From IMG/VR virus record IMGVR_UViG_3300030330_005136, positions 9,133-73,132 of that record: a DNA stretch of 64,000 nt; one strand, written 5' to 3'. Below are positions 29,607 to 37,780 of the stretch, piece after piece (within the stretch, counting starts at the first letter, position 1; every line of letters starts with the position of its first letter). The notes under the pieces are model-generated. The model was not told the origin of the DNA, ran no database searches, and was given only the letters and a program-made list of their open reading frames with translations. Origin of the DNA: a virus. Lineage: Duplodnaviria; Caudoviricetes. Position numbers and translations under genes: made by a program.

Positions 29607-30440
29607 ATGCTTAAACAATTTACTGAGGAAAATGTAAATTTATACGAGTTCAAATCGAATAAAAATTACACAAAAAACCAATCTCAAATAATAAGATACA
29701 ACTTTGTATCTGGTTCATCAGACGAAACTCTATCACGAAATTACAATTTTGCTAGAATAAATTTTTATCTTAGTGGTTCTGATTACAGTCAACATGTAAA
29801 AAGATATAATTCATACCCAACTGCTGGCAACAGATTCAATACCGATAATATGTTTTTTAATAAATTTTATATCAGTGGATCTGTTTTGTCAATCCCACAA
29901 AATGAATTCGGTGACAAGATAAAACCAGGCACATTTACACTTACAGATAACTCAACAGCAACAGAAATCACAATTATTGATGATTTCAATGGTAACCTAT
30001 ATGCTCCAAATGCCCCATCCTCATCCAATCCAAGTCTAGCACTATCATCATCAGCAAACTATGTGGGAAATATATTTTACGAATTAGGTGTATTTACAAT
30101 AGTAGAAACAGGCTCATTCGATGGGACAAATAATTATTCAGATGTAACTAGTGGTAATTTTACAATAAATTACAAAGGAGTTCATGACTTGACAACCTAT
30201 GAATATGTCTGTACTGCTTTACCTAATGAATTAAATCAAACACAAAATATGTCAATTTTTAAGGCTCAAAGTGCTGGTAGATTGAAGGATAATTTGACTG
30301 GTAGTTTATTTCCAACTTATGTAACTGAAGTCGGTTTGTATGATGATTCTGAAAACCTAGTAGGTATCGCTAGATTGTCAAAACCAATACCAAAATCAAG
30401 AGTTATTCCCATGAGATTCTTCGTTAGAATGGATTATTAA
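29607..30440 (+). CDS. Paralogous baseplate/tail-fibre-attachment protein (277 aa)
   Basis: YVCTALPNELNQTQN...TYVTEVGLYDDSENLVGIARLSKP; shares the (D)R/K-L/I-x-PGTFTL motif with 28566. Confidence 0.65.
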   Translation: MLKQFTEENVNLYEFKSNKNYTKNQSQIIRYNFVSGSSDETLSRNYNFARINFYLSGSDYSQHVKRYNSYPTAGNRFNTDNMFFNKFYISGSVLSIPQNEFGDKIKPGTFTLTDNSTATEITIIDDFNGNLYAPNAPSSSNPSLALSSSANYVGNIFYELGVFTIVETGSFDGTNNYSDVTSGNFTINYKGVHDLTTYEYVCTALPNELNQTQNMSIFKAQSAGRLKDNLTGSLFPTYVTEVGLYDDSENLVGIARLSKPIPKSRVIPMRFFVRMDY

Positions 30441-30453
30441 TAAGATATATATG

Positions 30454-30461
30454 ATATTTAT
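30454..30461 (+). promoter_or_regulatory. Candidate late promoter core ATATTTAT
   Basis: Intergenic, ahead of a GGAG RBS and the GTG at 30491. Confidence 0.45.
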
Positions 30462-30490
30462 TATTGTAATCTAAACCACAGGAGAAAAAC

Positions 30491-30778
30491 GTGATTGAAA
30501 CATATGCCGAATACGGCGCTATTGGTGTTATAATAATGTTATTCGTTGGTATGATTAAGTTTTTACAATCATCTTTGACTAATAAATTAGGAGAAATCGA
30601 AGGTATCTGTATAAAACTTATAGATCGTTGGAATCGTAGTGATGAAACTCGTGACAGAAGACATGAACAGAGTAATTCTGAGAATGATAGAAGACACGAG
30701 CAGATGCTACAGGCGATTAATCGTATCACAGATGACTTAAACTACCTGAAGGGTAGAATAAATAATACACCAAAGTAG
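30491..30778 (+). CDS. Putative holin-like protein (BhlA/UviB-type architecture)
   Basis: A single N-terminal TM (YGAIGVIIMLFVGMIKFL) followed by a charged coiled coil; GTG start with GGAG RBS. Confidence 0.5.
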   Translation: MIETYAEYGAIGVIIMLFVGMIKFLQSSLTNKLGEIEGICIKLIDRWNRSDETRDRRHEQSNSENDRRHEQMLQAINRITDDLNYLKGRINNTPK

Positions 30779-31102
30779 ATGGATAAACCACAGACAGCAA
30801 GAAGTTATAGGGCAACCGTGTTAGACGATAATGCGGTAGTATCTATCAACCTAAAATGGTTGGCTCAGATAGGTGCATTGTTGGCGATGTTAGTCTATGG
30901 TTATTGGAATATGGTCACACGCATAACTAATTTAGAACAAGAGGTGGCTGATGCTGATGCTCAAATAGCAGAATTGGTAGAGAAGCATATTAAAGAAGAA
31001 GAAGTTAGATATACTGAAATGGAAAAACAGCTTAAATTTTATGAAAAGGAATTCAATATAAATCCTCTGAGCTGGGGTAGAAAGAAAAAGAAAAACAGGT
31101 AA
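30779..31102 (+). CDS. Single-pass membrane protein with coiled coil and basic tail
   Basis: WLAQIGALLAMLVYGYW TM; RITNLEQEVADADAQIAEL coil; WGRKKKKNR end. Confidence 0.7.
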   Translation: MDKPQTARSYRATVLDDNAVVSINLKWLAQIGALLAMLVYGYWNMVTRITNLEQEVADADAQIAELVEKHIKEEEVRYTEMEKQLKFYEKEFNINPLSWGRKKKKNR

Positions 31103-31146
31103 CACCCACAAACAAATTGTTACAGTCATCGTATACTTTTGTTACA
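31099..31146. promoter_or_regulatory. Candidate upstream activator sites (TGTTAC repeats)
   Basis: GTAACA (31099-31104) is inverted to TGTTAC (31118-31123); TTGTTACA is directly repeated at 31117 and 31139 (22-bp spacing). Confidence 0.4.
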
Positions 31147-31176
31147 ATAGACACCTAAAAACATCCTCAAAAAAGT

Positions 31177-31193
31177 TTGGTACAGTTCTTGTA
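31177..31193 (+). promoter_or_regulatory. sigma54 (RpoN)-like -24/-12 promoter upstream of pilin cassette
   Basis: TTGGTACAGTTCTTGTA = TGGTAC-N5-TTGTA versus the consensus TGGCAC-N5-TTGCA, with GG-N10-GT spacing. It also forms the palindrome GTACA-N5-TGTAC. Confidence 0.45.
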
Positions 31194-31226
31194 CTATATA
31201 GGTATAAACTAAATAGGAGAACTGAA

Positions 31227-31853
31227 ATGTTCAAATCAATAATACGATATCTAAAGAGCACTAATGGTAACTCATTAGCTGAATTTGCAGTAACAACTGC
31301 TATGATGGCTACATTGGCTACCACTGCTGCACCTAAATTTTCTGGTGTTGGTGAAGGTGCTAAGGAAAAGAAAACATTAGCTGATATTGACAAGATTGTC
31401 AAATCTGCTAACAACTTTTATAACGCTAAAGTTACCGAAGAAGGTCGTGGAAGATTTCCAGGACAGACAAAGTATGATGCTGCTGTAGGTGGATATGCTT
31501 CTGATTCTTTACTACTTGCTGGTGTAGAAAACTTTACAACTTTTAGCTCTAATGAAGGACAAAATTGGGCTTCTGTATTCGGAACAACTACAGATGGTGC
31601 TAAAGCACCAGTTGGTCATAATATATCTACAGATGAAGATGATGATAAAGATGGATCATATGATGTATATACAGGTGCTGAGGAGTTCTTAAATGAGTTT
31701 GGTGGTAACCCAATCAAGACACCATTTCAGGATGGTCACTACATCTATGCGGTAATCGCTGGTGGTGGAAGTGGTTCATCTTCTTATTCACCCATTCTTT
31801 ATGTTGCTGACTTAGAAAATCCAAGCAACTTTAAAAAGAAATTACAACCATAG
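31227..31853 (+). CDS. Type IV pilin / pseudopilin-like protein 1 (208 aa, non-canonical G|NSLAE site)
   Basis: Basic leader, G|NSLAE with Glu+5, about 20-aa hydrophobic helix ending APKF, GspG-like amphipathic helix and PIKTPFQDGHYIY; TAGGAG RBS. Confidence 0.75.
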   Translation: MFKSIIRYLKSTNGNSLAEFAVTTAMMATLATTAAPKFSGVGEGAKEKKTLADIDKIVKSANNFYNAKVTEEGRGRFPGQTKYDAAVGGYASDSLLLAGVENFTTFSSNEGQNWASVFGTTTDGAKAPVGHNISTDEDDDKDGSYDVYTGAEEFLNEFGGNPIKTPFQDGHYIYAVIAGGGSGSSSYSPILYVADLENPSNFKKKLQP

Positions 31854-31863
31854 GAGAACTAAA

Positions 31864-32289
31864 ATGTTGAACCAGAAAGGATTTACATTAATCGAACTTA
31901 TCATGGTTACAATTATTTTAGGTATCTTAGCTGCTGTTGCCATACCGAGATATATGACAACAGTTACAAAAGCCCATGAGGCTGCTGAAGATGCGGTAAT
32001 TAACTCTATAAAAGCTGGTTTAGAAACTTATGCTGTCGAACAACTAATGGATAATGGTAGGAAATCATGGCCTACAAATCCATTCGATGCTCTAGACACC
32101 AAACCTGCTGGACACACCACAGACACAGATGATGCTGATGTTGATGGAGAGTGGACATACAATACCACTAGTAAGAAGATCACACATCAGAGAAGTGATA
32201 ACACACGTGTGGCTTGGCAATACGATGAGGGAACACAATCAGGCGACAATGCTGCTGTGGGAACTCTAGGATCAAGAGCTAGTCTGTAG
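31864..32289 (+). CDS. Type IV pilin / pseudopilin-like protein 2 (141 aa)
   Basis: Canonical class III signal peptide MLNQKG|FTLIELIMVTIILGILAAVAIPRY. Confidence 0.95.
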   Translation: MLNQKGFTLIELIMVTIILGILAAVAIPRYMTTVTKAHEAAEDAVINSIKAGLETYAVEQLMDNGRKSWPTNPFDALDTKPAGHTTDTDDADVDGEWTYNTTSKKITHQRSDNTRVAWQYDEGTQSGDNAAVGTLGSRASL

Positions 32290-32298
32290 GAGTTAATA

Positions 32299-32727
32299 AT
32301 GAAAAACTCTAACGGATTTACTCTGATAGAGTTGGTTGTAACCATCGCTTTAGTGGGGATATTGCTGGGAACGGCTATCCCCACTTTTCATAGGGTGGTT
32401 GCTGAAACTCAATCCCAAGTAAACATATCAAACATGGAAATAATAAAAGACACATTTCTACAGTATTATTACGACAATCACATGAGTGGTGATCCACATT
32501 TTCCACAAGTTCCATCTGATAGTTTGTTGAATACTACATATCGTCAGACGACCTTGGGTGATGGTAGAACGCCTGATATGTTGTTCAGTGGAGACTTACC
32601 TTACAACAGCAATAAGAAACCATTTTTATACTATTGGGATGATGATTCCTTAACAAAAAGAATTGTTGTAAAGGATAATGATTTAGATAGCCCATCATAT
32701 AATCAAAAGGTAATTGGTGAAATATAA
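32299..32727 (+). CDS. Type IV pilin / pseudopilin-like protein 3 (142 aa)
   Basis: Canonical class III signal peptide MKNSNG|FTLIELVVTIALVGILLGTAIPTF; GspG-like LPYNSNKKPFLY. Confidence 0.95.
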   Translation: MKNSNGFTLIELVVTIALVGILLGTAIPTFHRVVAETQSQVNISNMEIIKDTFLQYYYDNHMSGDPHFPQVPSDSLLNTTYRQTTLGDGRTPDMLFSGDLPYNSNKKPFLYYWDDDSLTKRIVVKDNDLDSPSYNQKVIGEI

Positions 32728-32730
32728 CAC

Positions 32731-32762
32731 TTGACTTTTATATATTTTTTCTGTATATTTAT
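32731..32762 (+). promoter_or_regulatory. sigma70-like promoter overlapping a late-promoter core
   Basis: TTGACT-N17-TATATT; the -10 region continues as TATATTTATG. Confidence 0.6.
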
Positions 32763-32766
32763 GAGT

Positions 32767-33159
32767 ATGAAACTAATGGATATATTATTAGAAAGGGTGG
32801 ATTTTCATCAAATAGCAACCGAGTTAGTGAAGAAAGCTGGGTTAAATTCAAAAGTAAAATTTACAAAAACAGGTAAAAACAAAGCAGATTATAATGTTGA
32901 TCAAGACATAATCAACATTAAACCAACATCAAGATTTAAAGATTTTTTAGTTACAGTATTTCATGAAATAGATCATGCAAAAGATGCTCAACGGATGGGT
33001 AAGGAAAAGTATAAGAAAGCATACGAGATGGAAATGAACAAGGCAGTTCAAAGAGGCGAAGACCCACATGATGATAATTTTTATGAAAAGAAAGCAGAAA
33101 AGTTTGGTCGTAAGATGGCAAAAGATTACCTGAAGATAAACAGGAAAAATATTTATTGA
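32767..33159 (+). CDS. Small HExxH zincin-like putative metallopeptidase (start revised from 32731)
   Basis: VTVFHEIDHAKD plus a downstream FYEKKAE Glu ligand. The TTG at 32731 is the -35 box. Confidence 0.6.
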   Translation: MKLMDILLERVDFHQIATELVKKAGLNSKVKFTKTGKNKADYNVDQDIINIKPTSRFKDFLVTVFHEIDHAKDAQRMGKEKYKKAYEMEMNKAVQRGEDPHDDNFYEKKAEKFGRKMAKDYLKINRKNIY

Positions 33160-33659
33160 AAAAATTAGGCTTGGATGCCTCTACAACAACGGTTGGTTAT
33201 GCTTTTGTGGACGGCAAAGAAATAGTTACAATGGGATTTATACCCATTCAAAAAGAAGATACGATTCGAGATAAGGTTGAACTTACTATGAAGGAGATAA
33301 CTGCGGTTGATCCCTTTAATCAAGTTGAACAGATATACATCGAGGATAGTTTATCTGGTTTTATGCGTGGTAGAACATCACAACAAACAATAGTAAAGTT
33401 AGCAAAGTTCAATGCTGTATTGGTTTACTGTTTAGAATTTGCCTATGGGGAGATTGTAAAGGGTGTGAATCCAATGACGGCTCGTAAAAAGTTATTCGGT
33501 AAATCTCGTGTAAAGGGTAAATCAGCAAAAGAATTTGTAAAAGAAGAAATAAATTGCTTGTATTCTTTAGACGAATATATTAAATTAACACCAACAGGAT
33601 TGTGGGATAAAAGAAACATGGATAGTTATGATGCTTTAGTATGTGCTCTGTATGAGTGA
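33156..33659 (+). CDS. ruvC: RuvC-like Holliday junction resolvase
   Basis: LGLDASTTTVGYA, IYIEDSL and DSYDALVCA catalytic motifs. Confidence 0.85.
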   Translation: MKKLGLDASTTTVGYAFVDGKEIVTMGFIPIQKEDTIRDKVELTMKEITAVDPFNQVEQIYIEDSLSGFMRGRTSQQTIVKLAKFNAVLVYCLEFAYGEIVKGVNPMTARKKLFGKSRVKGKSAKEFVKEEINCLYSLDEYIKLTPTGLWDKRNMDSYDALVCALYE

Positions 33660-34563
33660 TAAAGTTGTAAATCTATTAGAAAGAGCATTAAACAGTAGAG
33701 GTAAGAAACTAACAAAACCAAATGAGTATATGTTTTACTCACCTTTTGTTAATCATTATAAACCAAAGCTACAGATTAATGTCTCTACACAGAAATGGCA
33801 TTGTTGGGTTTCCAACATGGGTGGTCATTCTATATACTCTTTGTTTAAGAAACTTAATGTCAATAGAGAGTTATATGGTGAGCTAAAAGACATCTTTTTC
33901 GTACCTGAGACTACAGATGTAGAGAAGAAAGAAGTTGTTGTTTTGCCGAGGCATTACAAACCATTGTGGGTTAGGTCAAGATCTTTGTACCAAGGACATG
34001 CTCTAAAGTTTTTAACAGATCGTGGTATTACAAAATATGATATTAAAAAATATAAAATAGGTTTTTGCGAGGATGGTTTGTATCAGCACAGAGTGATTGT
34101 ACCAAGTCATGATGAGAATGGTATATTGAATTACTTCGTAGGTAGGTCATACATGGAAAGTGGTATGAAATATAAGAATCCAAATGTATCTAAGGATGTG
34201 GTTGGATTTGATTATCACATAGCCTGGTCAAAACCAATTGTTTTATGTGAGGGTGTGTTTGATGCCATGACTATTCGTAGAAATGCCATACCGATGTTTG
34301 GTAAAAAACCATCAAAAAAATTATTAATGAAGATATTTCAGAAAAGATGTAAGACAATTTATATAGCATTGGATGACGATGCTAGAAAAGAAGCTTACAT
34401 GTTAGGGGAATTTTTTAGTGACTTTGGTATAGATTCTAAGGTTGTGAATCTACCAAAGGATAAAGATCCGAATGACTTGGGATTTGAAAGGATGAGTGCT
34501 CTAATAGAACAGACACTATCCTCAAGTTTTTCAGACACAATACAGGCAAAGTTATATGGGTGA
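33652..34563 (+). CDS. dnaG: DNA primase (TOPRIM) with degenerate Zn-binding domain
   Basis: RVIVPSHD, KYKNP, VLCEGVFDAM, IALDDDA, KDPNDLG. Confidence 0.9.
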   Translation: MSDKVVNLLERALNSRGKKLTKPNEYMFYSPFVNHYKPKLQINVSTQKWHCWVSNMGGHSIYSLFKKLNVNRELYGELKDIFFVPETTDVEKKEVVVLPRHYKPLWVRSRSLYQGHALKFLTDRGITKYDIKKYKIGFCEDGLYQHRVIVPSHDENGILNYFVGRSYMESGMKYKNPNVSKDVVGFDYHIAWSKPIVLCEGVFDAMTIRRNAIPMFGKKPSKKLLMKIFQKRCKTIYIALDDDARKEAYMLGEFFSDFGIDSKVVNLPKDKDPNDLGFERMSALIEQTLSSSFSDTIQAKLYG

Positions 34564-37500
34564 TATAAAAAAGATAGCACACTTAGCTGATATTCATATC
34601 AGAAAACTACATAGATTCAACGAGTACAGAGATGTCTTTGACAATCTGTATAAAAAATTACGAGATATAAAACCTGATTTGATTTACATCGGTGGTGATG
34701 TTGTACATGGAAAATTAGATACATCACCTGAAGAAATCAGAATGGTTGCTGAGTTCTTCTTAAATCTAGCTGATATATCTGATCTGTTAGTGATACCTGG
34801 AAATCATGATTGTAATTTAAATAACAAATCACGAGAGGATGTGCTGTCTCCGATTGTTGATTTGGTTCAACAGATAAACCCAAGAATACACTTTTGGAAG
34901 AAAACAGGTGTGTATGAAATGGGAGGTTGTCATTTTGGTCACCTTTCTGTATTTGACATGACTAAGGATGGTAAACCAAATGCTAAAAATATACCACGAG
35001 CAAAAGACATAGATGGTGATCATAAGATTGGTATTTATCACGGTGGGGTCGGTAACTTCCAAGTTGACACTGGTTTGGTGATGAGTGATGAACATGTAAA
35101 TGTTATTGACTTTGATGGTTATGATATGGTGTTGTTAGGTGATATACATAAGAGACAATTCTTAGATGATAAAGAAACCATAGCATATCCAGGTTCATTG
35201 ATTCAACAGAATTTTGCTGAAGCACCTGAACATGGATTTTTACTATGGGATGTGAAGACACGTAAGTCTGAATTTATACAAGTGGAAAATGAACATGGAT
35301 TTAAAACTGTAATTGTTGAAGATGGTAAGATAAAAAGTCGAATGAGGTTTGTACCCAAGTATGGTAATATAAAGATAAAACATAAAGATACCACTGCCGA
35401 ACAATTAAGATTAATCGAATTAAATCTTCGTAAAAAATATACCGATATAAAATCAATAGTCACAGAAAAAATAGATTCTATAGAAGGTCACTTAAACGAA
35501 AGCAAAACTAAAATATCTATCGAAGATATACATGATTTAAAGGTGCAGAATAAACTAATTGAAAAATTAGCAAAAGTGGAGCAACCAAATATAGATGATA
35601 AGACTTTACAAAGAATATTTGATATAAATGAATTAACAAATTCTTCTATTGGGATGAAAAATGAATTACCAAGAAATGTAGATTGGAAGCTAAAATACAT
35701 TGAGTTTGACAACATGTTTAGCTATGGTAAAAACAATAGAATAGATTTTACAAAACTAAATGGTGTGGTTGGTGTGGTTGCTCCAAATCACAGTGGTAAA
35801 TCAGCATTGATTGACATTATAGCTTATACATTATTTGATGTATGTAGTAGAACTATCAGAGCTGTTGAAGTATTGAATAATGAATCTAAATATTTTGAGG
35901 TAAAATTATCTCTAGAGGTAAATGGTGAGGATTATATTATTCATCGAGTTGGTAATTTAAAGATCAAGACAAAACGAGCTACTGGTGAAGTTCGTAAATT
36001 ATGTCCTGTTTCTGTAAAGTTTTATATGGAAGAGAATGGTGAGTTGATTGACCTTAGTGGAGCAGCTCGTAATAATTCACAGTATGGCAGTGGTACAAAT
36101 GAAGAGATAAGAAAGATACTCGGAACATTTGATGATTTTATTTTAACATCATTATCATTACAGAACAATGGTCAGAACTTTATTGATAAGAAACAGGCTG
36201 AAAGAAAAAAAATTCTGAGTCAGTTCATGGGTATTGATTTGTTTGATAAGTTGTTTGATGTTGCAAAACATGATGTAGCTGATGAACGAGCATATTTACG
36301 AAAGGTAAAAGACAAGGATGTATTCGGTCAACTATCTAAATTACAAAAAGAATTACAAGGGTATGAAGAATCAAAAGAAAAGCTTGATAAAGAAGTAGAA
36401 CCATTTGAAGTTGAGATAAATGAGTTAGAGGAACAGATTGACAACCTAAAATCAAAACTAAAGTATGTTCCGAGTGGTGTGGATGAAGTTGATGAAAATA
36501 TCGAGATAGAAAAGGAACAAGAGCTGGAAAGACAGCAACAACTATTGGAATCCGAAGAAGAATATAGAGAAGATATTCGACCATTGTATAATAATATCTA
36601 CAACAAAATAAAAGAATTTGACGAAGATGAGTTAGAGAATAATTATAAGAAATACAAAAAAACAAAAGAAGATTTGACAAAGATTGAGGCTGATGTCAAT
36701 GTAAAAGAAACTCAGATAAAACATTTAAAGGAATCTCTAGAAGAAGCAAAAGAACATGAGTTCGATGAGGATTGTGAGTATTGTGTGAAGAATAGTCAAT
36801 GGCATATTGAGAAAACAAAATCATTAACAAAAGAGATAACAGATTGTAAATTAGATCTACAAAAAATCTTATCTGATAAACATAATCTAGAAAAGGATAT
36901 TGAAAGTTTTGGTGATATAAATCGTGATAGGTCTAGATATCAAGAGTTAAAAGAAGATTTAAAACAAGTTGAAAATGATGCATACAAAACACAGGCTAAG
37001 ATGAAAGAATTAGAAGCATTGGTGTTGAGTTTAGAAAAAGATTTGGAGAAGATTTACGAACAAAATAAATTATACGAGGAGTATCAATCTGCTCTAGAGT
37101 TCAATGATAAGATCAATGATAAGATAGAAGTATTACAATCAACATTGGATAAAAGTAAGAGTTCATATGATATCGTTATCAGAGGTATACAGACTATAGA
37201 AAATCACATATTGGTAAATAAAACAAACAAAAAGAATTTAGATAGCGAAATCAAAGATTTAGTGGATGCCGAACAAAAGGTATTGGATTATGAACTATAT
37301 CTTAGATTAGTCAGTTCAGATGGTATTCCAAGATTGATTATTAATGATGCCCTACCTGTCATTGAGAATGAAGTGAATACTGTATTGGATCATATGATGG
37401 CTGGATTTCATTTAGGCATAACAAACGAAGATAAGAATATAAATCTATATATACGGTACGACAATCAAGAATGGCCATTATCTCTCTCATCGGGTATGGA

Positions 37501-37762
37501 AAAGTTCGTATCTTCTCTCGCACTTCGTGTTGGTTTGATCAATGTTTCTAACCTACCAAGTCCTAATTTTCTCGTTATAGATGAGGGTTTTGGTACATTG
37601 GATACTGATAATCTCTCAAACATGAAGGGTGCTTTTGATTACTTGAAGACAAGATTTGATTCGGTTTTTATAATCTCTCATTTAGATACCATAAAAGACT
37701 TTATGGATTATCTATTACCCATCAATAAAACAGACAAACACTCAAATGTGACCTATATTTGA
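34556..37762 (+). CDS. sbcD-sbcC: Fused Mre11/SbcD nuclease - Rad50/SbcC ATPase (T4 gp47-gp46-like), 1068 aa
   Basis: Phosphoesterase motifs DIH, GDVVH, GNHD, YHG, GDIH, YPGS; Walker A APNHSGKS; CEYC hook; signature LSSGMEK; Walker B LVIDEGFGTLD; ISH. Confidence 0.95.
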   Translation: MGDIKKIAHLADIHIRKLHRFNEYRDVFDNLYKKLRDIKPDLIYIGGDVVHGKLDTSPEEIRMVAEFFLNLADISDLLVIPGNHDCNLNNKSREDVLSPIVDLVQQINPRIHFWKKTGVYEMGGCHFGHLSVFDMTKDGKPNAKNIPRAKDIDGDHKIGIYHGGVGNFQVDTGLVMSDEHVNVIDFDGYDMVLLGDIHKRQFLDDKETIAYPGSLIQQNFAEAPEHGFLLWDVKTRKSEFIQVENEHGFKTVIVEDGKIKSRMRFVPKYGNIKIKHKDTTAEQLRLIELNLRKKYTDIKSIVTEKIDSIEGHLNESKTKISIEDIHDLKVQNKLIEKLAKVEQPNIDDKTLQRIFDINELTNSSIGMKNELPRNVDWKLKYIEFDNMFSYGKNNRIDFTKLNGVVGVVAPNHSGKSALIDIIAYTLFDVCSRTIRAVEVLNNESKYFEVKLSLEVNGEDYIIHRVGNLKIKTKRATGEVRKLCPVSVKFYMEENGELIDLSGAARNNSQYGSGTNEEIRKILGTFDDFILTSLSLQNNGQNFIDKKQAERKKILSQFMGIDLFDKLFDVAKHDVADERAYLRKVKDKDVFGQLSKLQKELQGYEESKEKLDKEVEPFEVEINELEEQIDNLKSKLKYVPSGVDEVDENIEIEKEQELERQQQLLESEEEYREDIRPLYNNIYNKIKEFDEDELENNYKKYKKTKEDLTKIEADVNVKETQIKHLKESLEEAKEHEFDEDCEYCVKNSQWHIEKTKSLTKEITDCKLDLQKILSDKHNLEKDIESFGDINRDRSRYQELKEDLKQVENDAYKTQAKMKELEALVLSLEKDLEKIYEQNKLYEEYQSALEFNDKINDKIEVLQSTLDKSKSSYDIVIRGIQTIENHILVNKTNKKNLDSEIKDLVDAEQKVLDYELYLRLVSSDGIPRLIINDALPVIENEVNTVLDHMMAGFHLGITNEDKNINLYIRYDNQEWPLSLSSGMEKFVSSLALRVGLINVSNLPSPNFLVIDEGFGTLDTDNLSNMKGAFDYLKTRFDSVFIISHLDTIKDFMDYLLPINKTDKHSNVTYI

Positions 37763-37780
37763 CATAATCGAGATTCCTAA

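Noticed and set aside
31227-32727. Pilins as evidence that the window is a bacterial chromosome
   Set aside because: The flanks are baseplate, phage sigma, phage-type replication and fibre genes, with no housekeeping or pilus assembly genes.
31227-32727. Electrically conductive e-pili (aromatic content about 11% in mature pilins 1 and 3, about 7% in pilin 2, by hand count)
   Set aside because: Aromatic-content heuristics are weak and disputed, and no cytochromes or CxxCH motifs were noticed in the window.
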